A DNA stretch of 48,069 nt, from contig JAXMOL010000056.1 of the NCBI GenBank assembly GCA_034669905.1, positions 1 through 48,069 on the forward strand, read 5' to 3'. Origin of the DNA: Candidatus Hydrogenedentota bacterium. GTDB taxonomy: Bacteria; Hydrogenedentota; Hydrogenedentia; Hydrogenedentales; JAEUWI01. The notes under the pieces were generated by a model. It did not search any database and was not told where the DNA came from. It saw nothing but the letters and a program-made list of their open reading frames with translations. Both the position numbers and the translations under genes were made by a program. Below are positions 1-9,179 of this stretch, piece by piece; within the stretch, counting starts at the first letter, position 1; every line of letters begins with the position of its first letter.

Positions 1-14
1 CGCTCTTCCGATCT
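1..14 (+). other. Illumina adapter remnant (assembly artefact)
   Basis: CGCTCTTCCGATCT is the exact 3' end of the TruSeq adapter/read primer and sits at the very first base. The second copy of the neighbouring repeat has different sequence at the equivalent position. Confidence 0.85.
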
Positions 15-306
15 TTGAGGGTGGCACCCTCGGGGTATTCTTTTATGGGTGAAGAGTTTCCGGGGAGACGCAGGGGGTGCTACAGCCTGCTCGGGTTTGC
101 CCGTGCAGGGACCGCAGTAGCCAATCACCGCTACAAGAGAAACCGACGGGTGCCTTATGAACGTCACACCACGTTAAGACGATTCTCAACCCGTGGGCAA
201 GCCACACCCACAAAGGCGGTCGCGGAGCTCCCGTCTTTGAGGGTGGCACCCTTGGGGTATTCTTTTGTGGGTGAAGAGTTTCTGGGGAGACGCAGGGGGT
301 GCTACA
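15..306. repeat. 70-bp direct repeat (15-84 and 237-306), GAGGGTGGCACCC REP-like family
   Basis: The two copies are 222 bp apart with 3 mismatches. The core TTTGAGGGTGGCAC recurs at ~8389-8402, ~28881-28893 and, inverted, ~47652 and ~47888. Confidence 0.9.
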
Positions 307-308
307 AT
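300..308 (+). promoter_or_regulatory. Extended -10 promoter (TG-C-TACAAT)
   Basis: TGCTACAAT lies 8 nt before ATG 317, with no Shine-Dalgarno in between. Confidence 0.5.
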
Positions 309-316
309 ACGGCCCC

Positions 317-1447
317 ATGTATACACTCTATTGCTGGTTCGTGACGCTGCGCATTGTCGCGCGTTATTTTTTGTATCGTATGGGTATTGGGACGCGGCCG
401 AATTTCACCGATCGGTGGCCCGAGGTGCAGCGGTTTTACCGTCAGGTCACCCGGATGGATCCGCGGATTCGCTTGCGCGGCCTGGCGCATTTCCCCGGTA
501 GCCATCCGGCGGTCTATGCGGGCAATCACGTGAAGCTCGACGACCCTTTTTTCGTGTGCTACGCGGTGCAGGAAGCGAGTGATTACACGATGCGGATTCG
601 CTTCGTGATGCGGGATGATTTCTTCGTGGGCTTTCCGTGGAATTGCATGCCGTTCCGTATGAATGAGATAGCCGAGATGGGGGGGGCCTACAACATCTCT
701 AAAGAAGGGGTGACGCTGGCCCAGTTGAAGCCCCTCATCGATATTCTGCTGGAACCCGATTCCTTTGTCATCTTCCCCAACGGCTCCCGGAGTCGCAGCG
801 GGCTGTGGTTTGAGTACCGAGACGATATCGATGCACCCGGCTCGGTGTCCTTTTTCCTGGCCCAGGCCCAACGAAAGAATCCCGATATCCAGGTGCCCGC
901 CATGCCCGTGGGACGGACCTATAATCCGGTGACGAAGATCAGCACGGTTATCCTGGGGCCGCCAGCCTATCTGGAGCCCGGTGCCCGACGGGAGGCCCAA
1001 CGGGATTTTGACGACGACCTTATCCTGGCGATTTCCAATCTGGTCGAAGTGCAGCTGCACCATCTGGTTGGGGGGTTGCTCTATTTGCGATGCCTCCACG
1101 GCTGGGACGATCCAGTGCCGACAGAAGCGTTGGCGGCAGAAGTGGCGACCGTGGTGTCGGCCCTCGATTCGGCGCGCTATGTGGAGCCGGTGCTTGCGGA
1201 AAAGGACGTTACGGCCTCCTTGTCGGCGACCTTAACCTATTTCGCGGACTATCAGATGGTGACGCTCTCGGGGGGGCGGGTACGGTTGGACCCCGCGCGC
1301 ATTCTGGCGTCTCCACCGGTGGATGTGGACTACCGGAAGAAGAACCCGGTGAAGTTCAGCGTGAACCAGATACTTCATTTGCCGGATGTGGTGGCGGCCC
1401 TGGAGCAAGTGCTTGGGGGTGCCATGAAGCCGGTGAAAATCCCGTGA
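317..1447 (+). CDS. Glycerol-3-phosphate/lysophospholipid acyltransferase family protein (PlsC-type domain plus PlsB-like C-terminal extension)
   Basis: HxxxxD motif (NHVKLDD) and block III variant FPNGSRS. ATG 317 is preferred over GTG 299, which lies inside the repeat. Confidence 0.8.
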   Translation: MYTLYCWFVTLRIVARYFLYRMGIGTRPNFTDRWPEVQRFYRQVTRMDPRIRLRGLAHFPGSHPAVYAGNHVKLDDPFFVCYAVQEASDYTMRIRFVMRDDFFVGFPWNCMPFRMNEIAEMGGAYNISKEGVTLAQLKPLIDILLEPDSFVIFPNGSRSRSGLWFEYRDDIDAPGSVSFFLAQAQRKNPDIQVPAMPVGRTYNPVTKISTVILGPPAYLEPGARREAQRDFDDDLILAISNLVEVQLHHLVGGLLYLRCLHGWDDPVPTEALAAEVATVVSALDSARYVEPVLAEKDVTASLSATLTYFADYQMVTLSGGRVRLDPARILASPPVDVDYRKKNPVKFSVNQILHLPDVVAALEQVLGGAMKPVKIP

Positions 1448-1510
1448 AATCAGGGAACTTTTCAGGGGTTTCCGGTATGCATTTGAGGTTGACATGAGTT
1501 GCCGGGTCCG

Positions 1511-1559
1511 TTGACTTACTTTGAGAGCGAAGGGTAGACTGTAGGGCACGGAGTGCCCT
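1511..1559 (+). promoter_or_regulatory. Sigma70-type promoter with overlapping inverted repeat (possible operator)
   Basis: TTGACT (1511-1516), 18 nt, TAGACT (1535-1540). AGGGCAC-gga-GTGCCCT at 1543-1559 spans the predicted +1. Confidence 0.5.
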
Positions 1560-1718
1560 GTGTCGCCCGGTCTTTTTCGTCCGGTAGGCCGTGTCGGGGC
1601 AGGTCCTGGCCCGTCCGGGGCATTGGGCGATTTCTTCGCGCGCCGCCCCGATTTCTTTGGTAGGACATGACGCAACCATACGTCCTAACCTACATATCCA
1701 CAGAGGTTTATATACGCT

Positions 1719-3500
1719 ATGCGCCCTATTGCTTCCGCCCTCCTGATTCTTCCCCTTTTATTGAGCGCCTGTTCGGAACCACCGGCCCGTCAGGAGATTC
1801 CTGAAGTTCGGGAACCCGGTGAAGTACGTCGGGAAGCGCCTCCCAAGCTGGATGTGCGCCAACGCCTGGGCATGCGCTCGGACAGTGCGATGGGTAGCAG
1901 CCAGGGAGTCGACGATCCGCTGGGGGGGATTACCTTCCACCATGAAATGCCGGAAGGGTGGGAGAAGGTTCCCAATACCTCCCTGCGTCAGGTCAATCTT
2001 CGGATGACGGACACGCCCGAGGCGGAGGCCTATTTTACGTTTCTGCCCGGTGGCGGTGGGGGTCTGAAGGCCAATCTCAACCGGTGGCGTGGTCAGATGG
2101 GGCAGGAACCTCTAAGCGATGAGGCCATTGCGGCCTTGCCGACCCGGCCCATCTTCGGGCAACCGGCGACGTTTATCCTGATTGACGGCGATTTCGTGGG
2201 CATGGGCACCGAGCCCAAGCCCGATTACCGCATGTACGGCCTCGTATTGACCTACAGCGATCCCCAGTCCCAGCAAGATCAGGCCTTTTTCTTAAAGATG
2301 ACGGGCCCCCGGGCGGTTCTGGAGGGGCAGGAAGCCGCCTTTGACCTGATTGCTTCCAGCCTTCATGCCGTGGCACCGGGTGACGAGCATACCCACGACG
2401 ATGATCATGCCGGGCACAATCACGGCGCAGAAGGCGATGATCACGCGGGCCACAATCATGGTCCGGAAGGCGACGATCACGGTGCGGAAGGGGCGGAAGC
2501 CGCGCCGATGACGAGTCCGAAAGCGGCGCCGGCCGAGGCCGAAGGCGAAGTGGGCTATTCCTGGAACGTGCCGGAAGGGTGGTCGGAGGCAACGCCATCC
2601 ATGATGCGCCTGGCGAATCTGACGGTGGATGGGCATGACAATGTGGAGTGCTACTTCACCGTGCTGGGTGGCACAGGTGGCGGACTGGAGATGAATATCA
2701 ACCGGTGGCGCCAGCAGATGGGCCAGGATGGGTTGAGTTCCGAGGCCATCGCGGCCCTTCCCAAACATCCCTTGCTGGGGGGTGATGCGACTTTTGTCAC
2801 CATTGATGGCACCTTCGGGGGCATGAGCGGGTCTACCTCTCAAGAGAACTTCCGTATGTATGGGTTGGTTCATGTGGATGAGTCCCAGGCCTTCTTTGTA
2901 AAGATGACGGGTCCCCAGGCCGTGTTGGCCGAGCAGGAAGCCCAGTTCCTGGCCTTCAGCGAGTCGATTTCGCTGGGCCCGGTCGCCCCGGCGGCGGAAG
3001 CCCCGGCTGCGGCTGCTCCCGCGCCCATGGCGGCCAACCCCCATGGGGTGGACGATCCGACGCCTCCGGGGGGCAATAATCCCCAGGGGCTTTCGTGGAA
3101 GGCTCCGGAAGGTTGGGTGGATGGCGGTGAACGGTTGATGCGGGTGGTGACCTATGAAATGGGAGAAACCCAGTGTTACATCACGTCGCTGCCGGGTGAA
3201 GCCGGTGGTGTGAATGGCAATTTGAATCGCTGGGTCGGCCAGATGGGTGAAGCCCAGCTGGACGAGGCGGCGCTGGCGGACCTGCCGAAGATTTCTGTGC
3301 TGGGTCAGGAAGCGCCATTGCTGGATGTGACCGGGAGTTTTACCGGCATGTCGGGCGGCACCCAGGAAGACTATCGTATGCTTGGCACGGTGGTACCCGC
3401 CGGGGACTACACGATGTTTATCAAAATGATTGGACCGGACGCGGAAGTAGGGGCGCAGAAAGACAATTTTGTCGCTTTTTGTGCCTCCATCACCCAGTAA
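1719..3500 (+). CDS. Lipoprotein with three homologous domains and a His-rich linker, first gene of the cytochrome c maturation operon
   Basis: Lipobox LLSAC (Cys18). Three repeats of PEGW...(M/L)R...Y(F/I)T.L.G..GG...N.NRW..QMG...G.F.GM...RM.G.V...F.KM.GP. Linker HTHDDDHAGHNHGAEGDDHAGHNHGPEGDDH. Confidence 0.8.
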   Translation: MRPIASALLILPLLLSACSEPPARQEIPEVREPGEVRREAPPKLDVRQRLGMRSDSAMGSSQGVDDPLGGITFHHEMPEGWEKVPNTSLRQVNLRMTDTPEAEAYFTFLPGGGGGLKANLNRWRGQMGQEPLSDEAIAALPTRPIFGQPATFILIDGDFVGMGTEPKPDYRMYGLVLTYSDPQSQQDQAFFLKMTGPRAVLEGQEAAFDLIASSLHAVAPGDEHTHDDDHAGHNHGAEGDDHAGHNHGPEGDDHGAEGAEAAPMTSPKAAPAEAEGEVGYSWNVPEGWSEATPSMMRLANLTVDGHDNVECYFTVLGGTGGGLEMNINRWRQQMGQDGLSSEAIAALPKHPLLGGDATFVTIDGTFGGMSGSTSQENFRMYGLVHVDESQAFFVKMTGPQAVLAEQEAQFLAFSESISLGPVAPAAEAPAAAAPAPMAANPHGVDDPTPPGGNNPQGLSWKAPEGWVDGGERLMRVVTYEMGETQCYITSLPGEAGGVNGNLNRWVGQMGEAQLDEAALADLPKISVLGQEAPLLDVTGSFTGMSGGTQEDYRMLGTVVPAGDYTMFIKMIGPDAEVGAQKDNFVAFCASITQ

Positions 3501-3568
3501 CCTCAGCGGTGTGGGGCCGTCATTGACTCCCCACCGAAACATGCAGTCAGCCAGATCGGAATTCCGTT

Positions 3569-4714
3569 TTGAAAAAACTCTTTAACTTTTTGGCCTCATA
3601 TGGGTTTGCGGTGGTGCTCCTCATCCTGCTTACCATCTTGACCCTCTTTGGCACGCTGGAGCAGGCAGAGAGCAGCCTGTACGACGTACAGAACAAGTAC
3701 TTCAACTCCTTCTTCCTGACCCACGACCTCTTCGGAATTCCCATTCCGTTGCCGGGTGTGTATCTGCTCTCCGTATTGCTTTTCATTAACCTGACCTGCG
3801 GTGCGCTGATTCGGGTACCGAAAGAGTGGAAGCGGCCCGGTATGCTCATTGCCCACTTTGGCATTCTGTATATGCTGGTGGCGGGCTTTGTGACCTATCA
3901 CTTTTCCACCTCGGGCCAGATGACCCTTTTCCCCCAGGAGCGCTCGAACAAGTATCAGAGCTACTACGAGTGGGAAATTGAGATTGCCGAGCTGGAAGAC
4001 GGGCTCTACGGCAGGCACTGGGTAATCCCCGGTGAACAGTTCATCGATATGGATGTGGAAGATACGCGGGAGTTTTTCCACCCGGATCTTCCCTTCGACC
4101 TGATGCTGGAAAACTATGTGCCCAACACCATGCCCCAGCCTACGCCGGGCGATGAGGGCGTAGAGGGTTTCACCCTTCCGGCAAAGCCCCTGGAGATGGA
4201 AGCCGCCCAGAATGCTGCGGGTGCCTACGCCATGGTGTTGGACAAGAAGAACCAGGAAGTGCAGAGCGGCTTGCTCTGGGGCTTCTCGGTGGCCCCCTGG
4301 ATTGTGACGGTGGAGGGGAAAGACTACGCCATCGAGTTGCGCCATCGAAACTGGGAATTGCCCTTCACGATTACGCTGGATGAGTTCATTCGTGATTTGC
4401 ATGCGCGCACGACGATGGCGAGTAATTTCGAAAGTGTGGTGACCAAGGCGGAGCCGGGTGAAGCGGATCGTAAGATCAACATTCGGATGAATGAGCCCCT
4501 GCGTCACAAAGGCTATACCCTTTTCCAATCGGGCTGGGGACCACAAAATGCGGGTCCTGGTGACCGACTCTTCTCCACCTTCTCGGTGGTAAAGAACCCG
4601 GCCGACCAGTGGCCCCTGTATTCTTGCATCGTGATTGCGGTGGGTCTCCTGATCCACTTCCTGCAAAAACTTGTCAGCTATCTTCGCGCTGAAAACCGGA
4701 GGCGTGCCTCATGA
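3569..4714 (+). CDS. resB: Cytochrome c biogenesis protein ResB/CcsB family
   Basis: N-terminal TMs with GTLEQ, conserved TM His (IAHFG), large periplasmic domain, MNEPLRHKGYTLFQS motif and a C-terminal TM. The stop overlaps the next ATG (ATGA). Confidence 0.85.
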   Translation: MKKLFNFLASYGFAVVLLILLTILTLFGTLEQAESSLYDVQNKYFNSFFLTHDLFGIPIPLPGVYLLSVLLFINLTCGALIRVPKEWKRPGMLIAHFGILYMLVAGFVTYHFSTSGQMTLFPQERSNKYQSYYEWEIEIAELEDGLYGRHWVIPGEQFIDMDVEDTREFFHPDLPFDLMLENYVPNTMPQPTPGDEGVEGFTLPAKPLEMEAAQNAAGAYAMVLDKKNQEVQSGLLWGFSVAPWIVTVEGKDYAIELRHRNWELPFTITLDEFIRDLHARTTMASNFESVVTKAEPGEADRKINIRMNEPLRHKGYTLFQSGWGPQNAGPGDRLFSTFSVVKNPADQWPLYSCIVIAVGLLIHFLQKLVSYLRAENRRRAS

Positions 4715-6663
4715 GTCCATCCCCTTTCATTCGTAAGAGCCTTGCGCTGTTGTTGGCCCTATGCCTGTTCCCGTCCCTCTCTTTCGGGGCCGAGCGGGAG
4801 CCCTGGAGCAAAGAGATCGTTAATCTCTTTGCCACCTTGCCGGTGCAGGATGGGGGCCGTGTGAAGCCCCTGGATACCTATGCCCAATTCACCATGCTGC
4901 AGATCAATGGCAAGCGTTCCTTCACCACGGAAGACGGTGAGCGGCTCACGCCCGTGCCGTGGCTGCTGGATGCCCTGTTCTATCCGGAGATTGCCTCGAC
5001 CTACCAGCATTTCATCGTGGACAACTACGATGTGATTTCGGCGATGGGGGTTGAGATTCATGACAAACGGCGCAGCCGGTATTCGTACGACGAATTGAAG
5101 CCGGGTGTGGACAAGCTCATGAGCCTGGCCCGGGAATACAACGAGATCGACGCGAAGAAACGGGATCTCGTGCAGCAGGGCGTCCTCGACCTGACCAACA
5201 ACGTGTTCCTCTTTACGCAGCTCATCCACTTCATGGACTTTGCCGAGGCACGGTTCACGGTGGACGGGGATACGGCGCTGGCCCAGGCCTTCCCGGAAGA
5301 AGAGGGGCTGCCCATGAGCGTGACCCTGGAGCGGGCCATGAAGGTGTTGGGTACCCTGCGTGGTAACCCCGACAACCTGGACGACGCGGCTATCAATGCG
5401 GTGGTGGCGGATTTCAGCAAGCTCCTGGAAGATCTGGAAGCGCCGGCCATGCGTGCCCAGGCCATCGCCCTGTTTCCGCCGTCTGACCCGGAAGCCAAAG
5501 AGTGGCAGACCCCGGCGGATGTGATGGCGTCGGCTATCGCAGAGGTCCACGGTGCGCCGGTTTCCCTTTCCATGCTGGGAGCGCTGGAGAAACTGCCGGC
5601 ACTGGTCGACGATCGCGCGGCCTTTACGGAAGCGGCAGCGCAGTTGGAAAATGAAACGGTGGCACTGGCGACGGAGCGGGGTGAGTACAAGAAGGTGCCC
5701 CTGGAAGTTCATTACTACAAAGGGAAATACATCTTCTACAGCCAGTGGCTTTATGTGTTGAGTTTCCTGGTGGTGGCCATCAGCTGGTTGATTCCGCGTA
5801 GCAAGTGGATTCACTACGCGACGCCGGCCGCGGTTATGCTGCCTACCATCCTGCTCATCATCGGGATTACGCTGCGCTGTATCATTCGGGATCGTCCCCC
5901 CATTTCCACGCTGTACGAAACCATCCTGTTTATTACGGCGACGGCGGTGTTGGTTTCCCTGTTTATTGAGTATGTGAACCGTCAGCGGGTGGCGGTGGCC
6001 ATGGCTTCTTTCCTGGGTATGGCGGGTATGTTTATCGCCTACCGCTATGAGGTGAAGGAAGGTGTGGACACCATGCCGAGTCTGGTGGCGGTGCTGGATA
6101 CCAACTTCTGGTTGGCCACCCACGTGACCATTATCAACATCGGCTATGCGGCGGGCATGCTCGCGGGGGCCATCGCCCACGTGTACATCTTCAGCCGTCT
6201 GCTCAACTTCAAGAAGGACAATAAGGAGTACTATCGCAGCCTGAACCGTATGGTCTACGGCGTGTTGTGCTTTGGTTTGGTCTTCTCCACGGTCGGCACT
6301 ATCCTCGGTGGTATCTGGGCCAATGACAGTTGGGGCCGTTTCTGGGGCTGGGATCCGAAGGAGAACGGCGCGCTGATGATCGTGCTCTGGAGCCTGGTAA
6401 TTCTCCACGCGAAGATGGGACGGTACATCAAGGAGTTGGGTATTTCCCAGGGCTCGATTATCCTGGCGATGATTGTGGCCTTCTCCTGGTGGGGCGTTAA
6501 CCAGCTGGGTGTGGGACTCCACAGTTATGGATTCACCAGTGGCATCATGAATGCGCTGGTGGTCTATTGGGCCTTTGAGTTGCTCGTTGTGGGACTCGGT
6601 GCCTTGGTATGGCTGCGGGACCGGAATGATGCGGTGGCGTCGAAGTCGGCGACGGCTTCCTGA
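4711..6663 (+). CDS. ccsA: Cytochrome c biogenesis protein CcsA with large N-terminal periplasmic domain
   Basis: WWD domain WANDSWGRFWGWDPKEN with flanking His residues (WLATHV, VILH, GLHSYG). LPVQDGGRVKPLDTYA N-terminal motif and an apparent signal peptide. Confidence 0.92.
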   Translation: MSPSPFIRKSLALLLALCLFPSLSFGAEREPWSKEIVNLFATLPVQDGGRVKPLDTYAQFTMLQINGKRSFTTEDGERLTPVPWLLDALFYPEIASTYQHFIVDNYDVISAMGVEIHDKRRSRYSYDELKPGVDKLMSLAREYNEIDAKKRDLVQQGVLDLTNNVFLFTQLIHFMDFAEARFTVDGDTALAQAFPEEEGLPMSVTLERAMKVLGTLRGNPDNLDDAAINAVVADFSKLLEDLEAPAMRAQAIALFPPSDPEAKEWQTPADVMASAIAEVHGAPVSLSMLGALEKLPALVDDRAAFTEAAAQLENETVALATERGEYKKVPLEVHYYKGKYIFYSQWLYVLSFLVVAISWLIPRSKWIHYATPAAVMLPTILLIIGITLRCIIRDRPPISTLYETILFITATAVLVSLFIEYVNRQRVAVAMASFLGMAGMFIAYRYEVKEGVDTMPSLVAVLDTNFWLATHVTIINIGYAAGMLAGAIAHVYIFSRLLNFKKDNKEYYRSLNRMVYGVLCFGLVFSTVGTILGGIWANDSWGRFWGWDPKENGALMIVLWSLVILHAKMGRYIKELGISQGSIILAMIVAFSWWGVNQLGVGLHSYGFTSGIMNALVVYWAFELLVVGLGALVWLRDRNDAVASKSATAS

Positions 6664-6680
6664 TAGTTGCATAAGTATCT

Positions 6681-6720
6681 ACGGGCGGAAACGTGTACGG
6701 CGTTTCCGCCCGTTTTTTTT
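6681..6720 (+). terminator. Rho-independent terminator after ccsA
   Basis: 13-bp stem ACGGGCGGAAACG/CGTTTCCGCCCGT, 7-nt loop, T-run. Confidence 0.9.
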
Positions 6721-6918
6721 GAAGTTTGAAGAGGGAAGGGTGAAGGGTGAAGGCAGGGAGTGGTGGCGGGGGACGGCCCCGACGATGCCTTCGCGGGTGT
6801 TTCCGTGGGATGGAAACTTTCGCCCTCACGAGTGTTTGGGTGGGTATCGTCTCGACGTCGGTGCAGTCCCCGCAGTGCGCGGGTGGGTTTCGTTGCGACG
6901 TTGGTGCAGTCCCCGGGC

Positions 6919-7908
6919 CTATGGGGTGGGTGCGGTTTCTTCTCCGGGGGTGGCGTGGGCCTGGAGGGCGTTGAGAATGGCGCGGGGTGCGCGGAAGGCC
7001 GTGCCGTGGCGGATACCTTGGGGCATGACGATGTGCTCGGAGACGTCTTCCCAGGCGGCGAGGTCGGGGGAGCGGAGGGCGCCATAGGCGTGTTTGCGGT
7101 ACTTGTCGAAGTAGAGATACCACTGGTCCTGCCAACGCACGGCGCTGGGCCCTTCCGCCCAGTAGTCGCCGGTGATCTTGGGGGAGGCAGGGCTCCAGGG
7201 GCCGGCGGGGCTTTCGGCGGTGGCGGTGCGGAGGTTTTTCTCTTCGGGGGTCAGGGTTTCGTTCTTCAGAAACATGACGTAGCGTTCGCCGGCCTTGATG
7301 ATGGTGGAGTCGATGACGTTGAAGCCGGGATCGTAGAGGAGTTTGGTTTCGGAGAACGCGGTGAAGTCTTTGGTGGTGGTGTAATACATGCGGTGGTTAT
7401 TCTCGCCATCACCCTGACCCTCCGTTTCGGGAAAACGGCCGGGAATGGTGGTGGCCCAGAAAAGGTAATACTGGGCGGAAGCCTCGTCGTAGTAGATCTC
7501 CGGGGCCCAGGCATTGCGGGCGCTCTCTTCATGGGCCATCACGGGAATGTACTGCTGTTCTGACCAATGGATCAGGTCCTTGGAGGTGGCGTGGCCGATA
7601 CCGCGCTCATGCCAGCCAGGCGTCCAGACCATGTGGAACTGCCCGTCGCCGCCGGTGATGATGCAGGGATCGCGCATGAGCACGGATTCGCCGACCTTGG
7701 GGGTGAGCCACACGTAGTCGGGTTTTATTTCCTGCCACTTCAGCCCGTCTTCGCTCCAGGCCAGGTAGAGGCCGGCTTCGCCGTTGCCCCGAAAAAAGGA
7801 AAAGAGCAGGACTTCGTCCGTCTCTTCGGCAACGATAGGAGAAGGGGCGCCCAGCAGCGCGGCCCAAGCCAGCAGCACCAGCCAGCAACGTCGAAACAGC
7901 GTAATCAT
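6919..7908 (-). CDS. Secreted glycoside hydrolase, GH43-like five-bladed beta-propeller
   Basis: Signal peptide; catalytic-type motifs MRDP, WAPE, VIDS, AEGP; C-terminal RHGT. Confidence 0.85.
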   Translation of the reverse strand: MITLFRRCWLVLLAWAALLGAPSPIVAEETDEVLLFSFFRGNGEAGLYLAWSEDGLKWQEIKPDYVWLTPKVGESVLMRDPCIITGGDGQFHMVWTPGWHERGIGHATSKDLIHWSEQQYIPVMAHEESARNAWAPEIYYDEASAQYYLFWATTIPGRFPETEGQGDGENNHRMYYTTTKDFTAFSETKLLYDPGFNVIDSTIIKAGERYVMFLKNETLTPEEKNLRTATAESPAGPWSPASPKITGDYWAEGPSAVRWQDQWYLYFDKYRKHAYGALRSPDLAAWEDVSEHIVMPQGIRHGTAFRAPRAILNALQAHATPGEETAPTP

Positions 7909-8258
7909 AGGAATTCCTCATAACGGGTAGCGACTAAAGACTTCACTATAGCCAGAAAATGCGGCTGTAGTCCACTGCCTTTTTAGACGGGATGTGCCCA
8001 CCCGATGGCATTCTCTTGGCCGCAGTGCCCGCTTTCAGCCACGGAAGCCTGCCTGGGGAGCGGCTGCCATCCGCTACGCGGATTCGCCCCATGGGATGTG
8101 CTGAGTTCCTGGGGTTTCGCTCGTTCCCGCCACGGCGCGTCTTCGACCTCGCTTCACCCCCGGGCTACAGGCGGCCGCACCTCCGGTGCTGAACGATGGA
8201 GCGTCGTGTGGGCAAGGTCTGTGAATCGTCGTGGATTATTCGTTCACATAGTCTCTTA

Positions 8259-8462
8259 GCGATGTGCAGGCCTGTCCTGGGGAGGGGCGTCGTCTTCGGG
8301 TTGCAGAAGATCGTGAACGGGTATGGAGCGTGTGGGGTAGGTGGTCGCATTGCCTTCACCCACAAACTTCCCCCGCTTCGCTCCTCCGTTTGAGGGTGGC
8401 ACGCCGAGGTCAATTTGTTGGTCGCGAATTCCCTTGTGGCGATGTGCAGGCCTGTCCTGGGG
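8259..8462. repeat. Perfect 24-bp direct repeat bracketing a GAGGGTGGCAC REP-like element
   Basis: GCGATGTGCAGGCCTGTCCTGGGG at 8259-8282 and 8439-8462. Internal 8352-8402 matches the reverse complement of 47654-47704. Confidence 0.85.
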
Positions 8463-8585
8463 CTGCCGTCCGCTGCGGGCTCGAACGCACGCGTCCGTCC
8501 ATGATCCGTCCGTTTGTGCCCGGTTCATTGCCTCGTTGGTCTGTGCTCCACTACAATAGCCCCTTGAACCCAAGGAATTCTTAAC

Positions 8586-9179
8586 ATGAACACAATCGAA
8601 CGCACCTGGCTCACGATGAAGCATCGCTGGAAGTTTGCCCGACTCGGGAAGGGCTGCAAGTTTCCTATCCCGCAGCTGACGGTCCAGGGGCATGTGGAAA
8701 TGGGTGATCACTGTCGTTTTCGCAATGACGTGACACTGCGCACCCATGGCGACGGCAAGATTATTTTTGGTACCCGCTCCGGTCTCAGTTGGGGTTGCAC
8801 GGCGGTGGCCCATGAGTTGATCCAAATAGGCAACTATACGGCCATCGCGGAGTTCTCCTATCTGTGCGACACCATGCCTGTCTTGAAGAACAATGAGGAT
8901 GGCGTGTCGGAGGTGACCTACGCGTCCAAGCCTATTCACATTGGCAACGATGTCTTTGTGGGCAGCGGGTGCTTTATCGGGCCCGGCGTGACGATTGGCG
9001 ATGGGGCGGTTATCGGGCCCTTTTCGGTGGTCACACGGGATGTGGGCCCCCTGGAAATGTGGAACGGGGCCCCCGCGCGGCGCATGGGACACCGGACCGA
9101 CGGGGTCACGGAGGCCCAGTTGCAGGCCTACCGTGATCTGGTGGCGCAACAGGGGATTCAGGGAGATCGGTATCAGTAA
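8586..9179 (+). CDS. Left-handed beta-helix (hexapeptide) acyltransferase, maltose/galactoside O-acetyltransferase-like
   Basis: PIHIGNDVFVGSGCFIGPGVTIGDGAVIGPFSVVTRDV...GAPAR signature. Confidence 0.88.
   Translation: MNTIERTWLTMKHRWKFARLGKGCKFPIPQLTVQGHVEMGDHCRFRNDVTLRTHGDGKIIFGTRSGLSWGCTAVAHELIQIGNYTAIAEFSYLCDTMPVLKNNEDGVSEVTYASKPIHIGNDVFVGSGCFIGPGVTIGDGAVIGPFSVVTRDVGPLEMWNGAPARRMGHRTDGVTEAQLQAYRDLVAQQGIQGDRYQ

Noticed and set aside
4759..6672. 637-aa antisense ORF, and similar long shadow ORFs (2292-3542, 17409-18599, 21246-22652, 24165-25595, 41223-42689, 42876-44399)
   Set aside because: They mirror well-supported genes on the opposite strand, which is expected in high-GC DNA, and have no recognisable motifs.
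6853..6915. 20-bp direct repeat CGACGT(C/T)GGTGCAGTCCCCG with 43-bp period
   Set aside because: Only two copies, just past the GH43 stop; too little to call an array or a binding site.
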